Origin: Planctomycetota bacterium
GTDB lineage: Bacteria; Planctomycetota; Planctomycetia; Planctomycetales; Planctomycetaceae
DNA length: 64,000 nt
Assembly: GCA_043777375.1 (NCBI GenBank)
Contig: JAYWHX010000009.1
Span: forward strand, 94,918-158,917
Direction: 5' to 3'
Each line of letters starts with the position of its first letter. Positions within the stretch are counted from its first letter, which is position 1. The notes under the pieces were generated by a model. That model saw only the letters and a list, made by a program, of their open reading frames with translations. It did no database searches and was not told the DNA's origin. Positions 9,250 to 17,300 of this stretch are shown piece by piece. A program made the position numbers and the translations under genes.

Positions 9250-11085
9250 TCACGCCTCCAACACCGAATCCGCCAGCGTCACGAACCGCTCGACGCGTTT
9301 CTCGATGACCGCAATGCTTCGTTCCCAGAATTCGGGCTTTCGCAGGTCGTAGCCCAGCGTCGACTGCACTGCATCTTCGGTCAGCTGGCAACCGGTGGCG
9401 ATCAAGAACTTTCGGTATCGCTCGGGGAAGTTCTTGTCCCCTTCCGCCGCCATCGAGTACAGACCGTTCGACAACAGATACCCGAATGTGTAGGGGAAGT
9501 TGTAGAACGGCCAGCCGTGGATATAGAAATGCAGCTTCGAAATCCAGAACCCGGGATACCAGCCATCGTCCGCGAGGGCATTCAGATACGTCTCCTTCTG
9601 GGCCGCCAGCGTCATTTCCGACAACTGGGCAGCGGTGAGTTCCCCCTTGGCTCGCTCAATATGGAACCGGTCCTCGAAGACGAAGCGGCTGTGAATGTTC
9701 ATCAGGAACGCCACCGAGTCGCCGAGCATCTGGTCGAGCATGCCGAGCTCCTCGTTGACGGACGACGCAGCTGCGAGGCGCTTCTCGCCGAGGACGGCCT
9801 CGGCAAACGTGGAAGCCGTTTCGGCGAGGTTCATTGGGTAGTCCTGAAGCAGGAACGGCTGCTCGCGTAAGACCCACGAGTGGTAGGCGTGGCCGAGTTC
9901 GTGGGCCAGCGTCGACATGCTGTCGGCGGTGCCGGTGTAGGTCATGAACACTCGGGTCTGCTGCTTCGTCGGGATGCCGGTGCAGAAGGCTCCCTGGCGT
10001 TTGCCGCCCCGGTTCTCAGCCTCGACCCACTTCTCGCGGAAGGCGTGCTTCGCGAAATCGCCGAAGTCCGGGCTGAACCGCGAGAACGTCTCGCTCACCA
10101 GATCGACGGCCTCGGGATAGGTCAACTCCGATTGCGGCTTCTCCCCCAACGAGGTCGGCAGCGGGGCGTAGATGTCGTAGTAGGCCAGTTTCGGCAGCCC
10201 CAGCAGCTTGGCCTTCCGATCCAGATACGGGAGCAGACACGCCCGCTGGTCATTGACCGTTCCCCACATGGCATCGAGCGTGCCCCGCGTCATGCGGTTG
10301 AGCCGCAACGGGGCGGCGAGGTGATCAACGCCCAGCCGCTTGTACTTGGTGAGCCGCGCCCCCGACAGATGATTGAGGGCATCGGCACAAGTATCTGCCA
10401 GCCCGGCCCATGCCTTGTCGAAGGCATAGAAGTTGTTCTGTCGGACCGAGCGTTCGGGCATGTCGAACTGGATCTGGCCGGGCGATTTTTTCACCACGAT
10501 TCCGCGTTCCATGACCTCGATCTTGAGTTCTCCCGACAGCCGATCGTAGAGCCGCGACCAAGCCTGCGCTCCGTCGACCGCCAGCTCGTTGGCCAGTTGT
10601 TCCTGCTCCTTCGGCAGTCGCAAGGCGGCATTGCGGCGACACTCTTCCAGAACGAACCGCAGCGTCTTCAGCTGTGCGTCTCCGGCGATGAACTGGTCGA
10701 AGGCCGTTTCTTCCACTCCGACGAAGGCGAGTTCGACGTTGGCGAGTGCCTTCTGCCGGAGCGGCGTCAGCGCAGAGAGTGCCCCTTCGATCCGCTGGAA
10801 CTCCTTGTTCTCGGCATCCACAGCCGCATGGCATCCGAGGAACGCATTGAGATCCTCCTGCTGTGCGAGGATCGACGACAGCTGCACAATGAATGGCCCC
10901 CAGACCTGCGATGCTCCAGCTGCAGTGACCAACGGGAGCGATTCCGACGCATCGGCCAGCTGAGTGAGATCGGCCTTGAACAGCTCCAGATGCGATGCAA
11001 AGGCTGGCGTTTGCGGATTCGGCAGGATCGAATCGAGATCCCAGTTCAGGGAATACTGCGTCGGTGCGGTCATCGGGTGGTCCAT
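9250..11085 (-). CDS. pepF: M3B family oligoendopeptidase F
   Basis: HELGHAYH zinc motif, a length of ~600 aa, and family-typical segments (FCTGIPTKQQTRVFMTYTGT). Confidence 0.85.
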   Translation of the reverse strand: MDHPMTAPTQYSLNWDLDSILPNPQTPAFASHLELFKADLTQLADASESLPLVTAAGASQVWGPFIVQLSSILAQQEDLNAFLGCHAAVDAENKEFQRIEGALSALTPLRQKALANVELAFVGVEETAFDQFIAGDAQLKTLRFVLEECRRNAALRLPKEQEQLANELAVDGAQAWSRLYDRLSGELKIEVMERGIVVKKSPGQIQFDMPERSVRQNNFYAFDKAWAGLADTCADALNHLSGARLTKYKRLGVDHLAAPLRLNRMTRGTLDAMWGTVNDQRACLLPYLDRKAKLLGLPKLAYYDIYAPLPTSLGEKPQSELTYPEAVDLVSETFSRFSPDFGDFAKHAFREKWVEAENRGGKRQGAFCTGIPTKQQTRVFMTYTGTADSMSTLAHELGHAYHSWVLREQPFLLQDYPMNLAETASTFAEAVLGEKRLAAASSVNEELGMLDQMLGDSVAFLMNIHSRFVFEDRFHIERAKGELTAAQLSEMTLAAQKETYLNALADDGWYPGFWISKLHFYIHGWPFYNFPYTFGYLLSNGLYSMAAEGDKNFPERYRKFLIATGCQLTEDAVQSTLGYDLRKPEFWERSIAVIEKRVERFVTLADSVLEA

Positions 11086-11286
11086 TGATGTCAGTCGTCC
11101 AACAATCCGACGCGTTAGCGAGGGCGTACGTCTCTCGTTGTTCTACGGGAGCGATGACAATTTGAGAAGTCTTAGCGAGTCAGGTCGTGATCGCATGGAG
11201 GACAGCTCACGGACACTTCGGGTGACTGGAACTCCTCGGTGATGATACGATGGTGTCGATGGGAAATTCTACGGGAGGATGAGTGC

Positions 11287-11535
11287 GTGTCTCGGCGAGA
11301 GAAACTTCTGGAGAAAATGAGAACTCACCCCGGCGACATTCGCTTTTTGGAAGTGGATGCCTTGCTGCGAACTCACGACTTCGTGCTGTTCAACCAGCGG
11401 GGTAGCCACTGTTCGTACCATCGAGCCGATGGACGAGTGCTGACCATTGTGAAACCACACGGCGGTCGGAAGACCTGTCATCCGGCCGACATTCGGCGTC
11501 TCTTGAAGGTGCTGGGCGATGAAAACAACGCATGA
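11287..11535 (+). CDS. hicA: HicA family toxin (mRNA interferase)
   Basis: QRGSHCSYHRADGRVLTIVKPHGG matches the HicA core (GSH...H). The GTG at 11287 lies 8 nt downstream of GGGAGG. The gene overlaps hicB by 17 nt. Confidence 0.75.
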   Translation: MSRREKLLEKMRTHPGDIRFLEVDALLRTHDFVLFNQRGSHCSYHRADGRVLTIVKPHGGRKTCHPADIRRLLKVLGDENNA

Positions 11536-11758
11536 GTATCGCGGTTACGTGTTCACCGTGACCTATGAGGCCCGCGACCCCGCCTATGTCGTGGACTTCC
11601 CGGATATCCCCGACATCATCACCAGCGGGCAAGCCTTGGACGAAGCGTTCCGGAATGCGTGCGAGGCGTTGGACCTGCATCTGGAAAGCCTGCAGAAGCT
11701 GGGGAAGCGAAGTCCCAAGGCTCGGTTTCGGCTGGTGGTGGAGATGGTGAAGTCTTGA
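11519..11758 (+). CDS. hicB: HicB-like antitoxin, short form (no recognisable DNA-binding domain)
   Basis: YRGYVFTVTYEARDPAYVVDFPDIPDIITSGQALDEAFRNACEAL matches the HicB N-terminal fold pattern. The protein is only 79 aa in total. Confidence 0.7.
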   Translation: MKTTHEYRGYVFTVTYEARDPAYVVDFPDIPDIITSGQALDEAFRNACEALDLHLESLQKLGKRSPKARFRLVVEMVKS

Positions 11759-11874
11759 CTTGACTTCACCGTTCCAAGCTGGGGGGCCGGAGCAAGTCTA
11801 ATCATCGGAAGATGTGGCGAGTTGGCCAGGAGTTAGGACACGATCACCTCACGATTTCAACAGTGGAATGAACA

Positions 11875-11935
11875 GAAGGTCGCCAAGGAAGCAAAGGGGT
11901 TCCTCCGACGTTTCTTTGCTTCCTTGGCGACCTTC
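11875..11935. repeat. Perfect 22-bp stem / 17-nt loop palindrome between converging genes
   Basis: gaaggtcgccaaggaagcaaag (11875-11896) is the exact reverse complement of 11914-11935. No U-tract follows on either strand. Confidence 0.8.
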
Positions 11936-11976
11936 GTGTTCGAAATCCAATCGGGAAAGTGTTGTGGACTAGTTCC

Positions 11977-12204
11977 CTAGGTCAACCAAACCAGTGCCAA
12001 GATGATCGCATAGATGGTGATGACTCCCAGACGCCTGATGTCTCCATTCTCTTCAAACAGAATTCGACGGAGTGGATTGGCCTCTCCGAGATTCCAAAAG
12101 TCAGGATCGGATAGCCACCGAAATCGTGTGCGCCCCAAGGTAGAAAACATAATCGCCAGACCCACAATCACTCCTGTCACAACGATCTTGTCACGATTTG
12201 GCAT
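11977..12204 (-). CDS. Small membrane protein, unknown function
   Basis: 75 aa with hydrophobic helices at both the N- and C-terminus. Confidence 0.35.
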   Translation of the reverse strand: MPNRDKIVVTGVIVGLAIMFSTLGRTRFRWLSDPDFWNLGEANPLRRILFEENGDIRRLGVITIYAIILALVWLT

Positions 12205-12266
12205 GATTACCGTTCAGGATTTGGGAACTCTGAAATGCTCATCGTCGGAGGAAAGCATCTGGCAAG

Positions 12267-13457
12267 TTACACCACCGACAGCCCGCTTTGATTCAACTGA
12301 AGATTCGCCAGCAGCAGCTGGGTCGCGCGGAGTTCGCGGGAGATCCCCTCGACGAGAGAGGGCTTTTCGCCAGTGGGGAGGACGCCCCAAGTGTAGGTTT
12401 CGACTTCCAGATGCGGCGCGTAGTTCAACAGCTGGACTTGTGCCAGGGCTTTACGCAGGTCGTCGCGAGTGGTGCCGAGCAAGCCGAGAGACTCGGTGTC
12501 GACGGGCACGTGGAAGTGGACACGCCAAGTTTCAGCGTCACTGAATCCGGCGGGCGGGTTCTCGCACAGGGCCCGGTCGAGGTCGAGGAAGTTCACCACC
12601 CGGCCAGAGGCGGAGCGGGCGAACGTCTGGTGCAGGTAGCGCGGCTCGACAAAGCGGGCCAGCTCGGCGAGCGAAGCGGGCGTCGGTTGCCGAACCTCGA
12701 TCGCACACGTGATATGGACCTTATTGATCCGGATATCAGCGTCTCCCAGTTCCCGGATCGAAGCAGCGACATCCTCGAACTCAACCGACTGGTGACAGAC
12801 GTCGTAACAGACGCCGATGTGACGGTCGACAGCTGCCCGGTCCCCCGAGGTATCGGCTGCCTCCCGCAGCTGGGCGAAGAACTGAATCGTCTCGGGCGTG
12901 GTCTCCAAAACGCACAGCGGCTCCGGCTCGATGGCTAACCGAATGACCTGCCCGGAGTCATCGTGGAGTTCGTCCATCGCCCTCGCAAACTGGATAATTT
13001 GGCGAATACACAAAGATTGAAAATCGGGGGCGGTACTGAGCGACTTGAACCCCAGCGGAACGGTCGACAGGCTCCCCTCGACTCCTTCGGGCAACAGCTG
13101 GGCAAGGATGCGGGCGCAGTCGACTGTGTATTGGAGTCGTTCGGGTGCAGTCCAATCGGGTTGGTAGACCTTCTCTTTCACTCGGTCCGAGTGGAAGTCG
13201 CCATAGGGGAAGGCATTGAGGGTATATGTCACGAGATCGGAGCTGGCGAGGGTCTCGCGCAGCAGTTCGACCTGCGACGCATCGACAACTAGCTCTCGAA
13301 TCACTGGCTGGGAAAGCCACAGCCCGGCAGCAATGGGGCGCCCGCTGGTCTTTCGGATTTCTGACGCATAAAGGCGGAGTCCGTGGATGACTTCCGAAAC
13401 AGTCACACCGGGATGCACGTTCGTGCAGTAGCTCAGTGGCAGGGAACTGATCGACAT
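12267..13457 (-). CDS. Xylose isomerase-like TIM-barrel protein, EboE-like
   Basis: The N-terminus LSYCTNVHPG and the overall length resemble the EboE (metabolite traffic protein) family. I chose the start at MSISS (13457). Confidence 0.45.
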   Translation of the reverse strand: MSISSLPLSYCTNVHPGVTVSEVIHGLRLYASEIRKTSGRPIAAGLWLSQPVIRELVVDASQVELLRETLASSDLVTYTLNAFPYGDFHSDRVKEKVYQPDWTAPERLQYTVDCARILAQLLPEGVEGSLSTVPLGFKSLSTAPDFQSLCIRQIIQFARAMDELHDDSGQVIRLAIEPEPLCVLETTPETIQFFAQLREAADTSGDRAAVDRHIGVCYDVCHQSVEFEDVAASIRELGDADIRINKVHITCAIEVRQPTPASLAELARFVEPRYLHQTFARSASGRVVNFLDLDRALCENPPAGFSDAETWRVHFHVPVDTESLGLLGTTRDDLRKALAQVQLLNYAPHLEVETYTWGVLPTGEKPSLVEGISRELRATQLLLANLQLNQSGLSVV

Positions 13458-13525
13458 GAGTGGCTCGGGAGCGGTCCGGGAAGGAATGCCGCATGTTATC
13501 AGTGATCGGATTCGCTGTCTTGGAA

Positions 13526-13558
13526 ACAAAAAACCCCTCGGCCAAATTGGACGAGGGG
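13526..13558 (-). terminator. Intrinsic terminator after the small lipoprotein gene
   Basis: On the minus strand the hairpin cccctcg...cgagggg is followed by TTTTTTGTTT. Confidence 0.7.
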
Positions 13559-13622
13559 CTGTGATTCAAACGGCCAAGTACTTGCGCACTCGGCTGATGC
13601 CGTCCGAAGACAGCGAACCAAA

Positions 13623-13856
13623 CTACGGAGCGACTGGAGCCGCTGGGGCTTCAGGAGCTGGAGCAACTGGAGCTTCGGTGGTTGTTCCGCTTCCGCCTTC
13701 AACGGCTGGGGCGACAGGAGCAGCTGGAGCTTCAGCGGCGTGAGGAGCGTGAGCGGCTGGGGTGGTGGCCGCAGCTGGTGTGGTGGTTGGAGTCGTCGCA
13801 GCTGGCTCACAACCCACGAACATGACCAATGACAACAGTCCGAGGTACTTCTTCAT
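13623..13856 (-). CDS. Small Ala/Pro/Thr-rich lipoprotein
   Basis: MKKYLGLLSLVMFVGC provides a signal peptide and lipobox. The remainder is low complexity (AAPVAP). Confidence 0.5.
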   Translation of the reverse strand: MKKYLGLLSLVMFVGCEPAATTPTTTPAAATTPAAHAPHAAEAPAAPVAPAVEGGSGTTTEAPVAPAPEAPAAPVAP

Positions 13857-14376
13857 CGCATTCATCCTCAAGCAAGCCCGCGTCGACAGCGAGCAGTTCC
13901 GACCAAATATCTCAGCTCTTGAGAGACGCATGTTCTCAGCTGTGGTCTGTCAGGAAGTAAGAGGCAGATATGGCTCGAATATTCCCGTGACTTTTGCGAT
14001 GTTGTTGGAATCCGGTACAGAGTATCCCACAACCAATTGACTGGTATTAAGTTACGCACGAATCGACGCTTTACCCCCGCTGCATGAGCAATCAGGAGAA
14101 TCGTCAAAGTCGCTCCAAACGGCATTTCCGTTCAACTTCGCAGCCCTCGTGGACCGAAAACTGAGAGTAACTGTCTCTATCGGCACAATCAGTCTCGCTT
14201 GACTGATTTACCGGGACGTTCCATCCGGCAAAGAGTGCCGCGTGGCTCATCAAGAGAGAGTCCCCCCCTAGAAGGCGGAACTGTCGCAAGTGCGAACAGT
14301 CGCCATCACTGGGTACGACGGCGAGTGCTGCATGCGGCATTCGCTCGAAAGACACAGCAGGAAGCTGGAGCCATCG

Positions 14377-17300
14377 ATGAAGAAGACCTGGAAGCGCTGG
14401 CTGGGAACTGTTGCGGCCGCTCTTGTGACCAGCACCGCACTGGCTCAAACTCCGGAGAGGACGGGGGTTGCGACAATGCGCGGCCAATCGCCTTCTTATT
14501 CGGATGAAGGTTCCATCCGCACAGGACAAGCTTCGGCCAGTGCCACCGGGAACGGTGTCCGGCAGAGCCAATACGTGCAATCCGTCGATCCAGGCGATGT
14601 CTTCGAAGACGCCTTGGGCGGTGGCTATTACGCGGAGAACGGTGGAGTCGGCTTCGCCTCGACCGAGCGTGTGAACGATATCATCTGGCGTGTCGGGCGG
14701 AACAACCTCGACAACTATGGGTATAACGGGGGCTCTACGAACATCAATGCGTTCGTGCCGCTCTCGACCGATGGTTCGCGCAGCGTCATTTTCCTCGCCC
14801 CGCGAGCGTCGATCAACGATTACGGCAACGGTGGGGCCAACGTGGGCCTCGGCTATCGCTTCTTCGACCCAGCTGATGACCGGGTCTATGGGGTCTCCGG
14901 CTGGTGGGACTACGATGCGGGTCATCGGGCCAGCTACAACCAACTCGGGATGAACGTGGAATCGATCGGTCGCTGGATGAGCCTGCGCGGCGGTTTCTCA
15001 GTTCCGGTCGGCAAGGACCAGACCGAGTTTGCTTCGATTCTCGGCGACTCACAGTTCGTGGGTAGCCAGATCGTGGCGACCCGCACCTCATTTTTCGAGC
15101 AGTCGTACGCCAACTATAACGCTGAAATCGCCACCCCGCTTCCCGGGCTGGCTCGATATGGCTTCGATGTGGGATTGGGGATGTACGCCCTGGATGCCAA
15201 CAGCTCCAGCAACATCATCGGGACCAGCGTACGAACTCAGGCCCAGGTCACGGAGGATCTGTGGATCAACGGCACTTACACTTATGATTCCCAGTTTAAG
15301 TCGCAGTTCTCGCTGAACTTGGAAATTACGATGCCGGATGGACCGCCGTCGCAGTGGTTCCGCCGTAACCCCGTGCAGCGTTCGCTCACGGACAATGTCC
15401 TGCGAAACTACCGCATCGCGGTTTCCGAAGAGCAGAAGCTGACCACTGAAGTGCTGACTAACTCCGGAGGTGGTGGAAATCCGAATGGCGGTCAAGCGAT
15501 CAACGTCGCGTTCATCGACCCGAATGCGACTGTGGCCGGAAACGGATCTCAAGCACTGCCCTTCATGTCGCTCGCCGAGTACATGTCACTCTCCGTCGCT
15601 GACCGCGAGAAGTTTGACATCCTGTATGTGCGCCGAAATACAGACCTGTCCGATTCGGATTTGAATACGACAGTGACCCTGCTCGATTTCCAGAAAATTC
15701 TCGGTGACGGAGTCTTGGCGGATGGTGTCACACGGCCAGTGCTCGTCTCGGGTCAGGGAGCAGTCTCCCTGCCTGGAACGACCGGTCCACTGCCGCTGCT
15801 GTCGAATAGCGGAGCGACTGGGATGCCGGTCATCACGCTGAATGACGGCAACGAAGTTTCGGGACTCACGCTGGATGGAACAGGCACTTCCGCGGGAATC
15901 GTGGGAACGGGAATCGACGCGTTCAACATCCATGACGTGTTTATTCAGAACGTCACCGACGGCATCGCGATCACCAGCAACACCACGCCCGTTCTCGGCA
16001 GCTCGATCGAGAACTATGGCGTCATCCAACGGGTGAATGTCCAAAGCTCATCGACCGGCGATTTGGTGGCCTCGAATCGCGGAATCAGCATCACACATAC
16101 CGGGGGGACTCTCGATCTGCTGTTGAGAGGCAATACTGTCACCGGCTTCCGGGGTGAAGACGCGAACGGCAACGGTGTACTTGACCCGGCGGAAGACACG
16201 AACAACAACGGCCTGCTGGACGTGGGCGAAGATATCAATTTCGACGGGAATCTCGATCCGAAGGAAGACCAGAACGCCAACGGTGTCCTGGATCGTGGTG
16301 TCGGGATTGAAGTGGTCGCCAATGGCGGCACCATCAATGCGCATGATCCCAGTGACGCGACCCGTCCGTCATCAATCGACAACAACACGTTTACCACGAA
16401 CGGCAACGGCCTCAGCCTGATTGCGAACCCCGGAGCTGTCTTCAACGCGACGGTGTCCGACAACACGGCCACGGGCGGCACGGATCCGAACGGCCGCGCC
16501 TTTGAGGCGATCGCCAACGGCGGCACGATTCATCTGTTCGATGTGGCCAACAACAGTGCCAGCGGTGGAGCGGGCGACGGCCTGGTCCTGGTGAATCAGA
16601 ACGGCGGGACGTTGACGGTCGAAAGTAGTGTGTTGGGCGGTCCAGCGTTCGCCGCGAACAGCTTCACGGGGAACGGTGGGGATGGCTTAAAGATCGTGGT
16701 GGCCAATGCGACACTCACGATTGCCGACCTGAATGGGATCACATTCGATAACAACACCGGCGATGGCCTGGAACTCCAGGCTCTGGCAGGCGGCACATTG
16801 AATGTGACCGCGCCGATGACGGGCAGTTCCTTTACCAACAACGATGCCAACGGACTCAACGTCAATGCCGATGGCGGCACGATCAATCTCCAGATCGGTG
16901 GAGTCATCGTGGATGGAGAGACCACTCAGAATATCGGCAACCTCTTCACGGGGAACGGTGAGTCGGGCCTGGCCTTCAATACCACGAATAACGGGATCAT
17001 CAACACGGGGTTGTTCTTCAACACCGCATCCACCAATGGGGCGTCCGGCGGGGATGGTGTGCAGTTCAACGTGAACACTGGTGCGATTAATGTCTCTGGA
17101 ATCTCCGGCAACACTCTCACCAACAATCGTGGGAACGGTTTGAGCATCCTGGACACAGCTGGGGGCACATTCTCCGTGCCATTCATCTCGGACAACAACT
17201 TCAACGATAACGACGAAGCGGGGATGTTTGTTGGAGGAAGCGGTGGTCTCGTCAACGGCATCATTAACCTGGGATCTGTCACTCGCAACAGCTTCGACCG

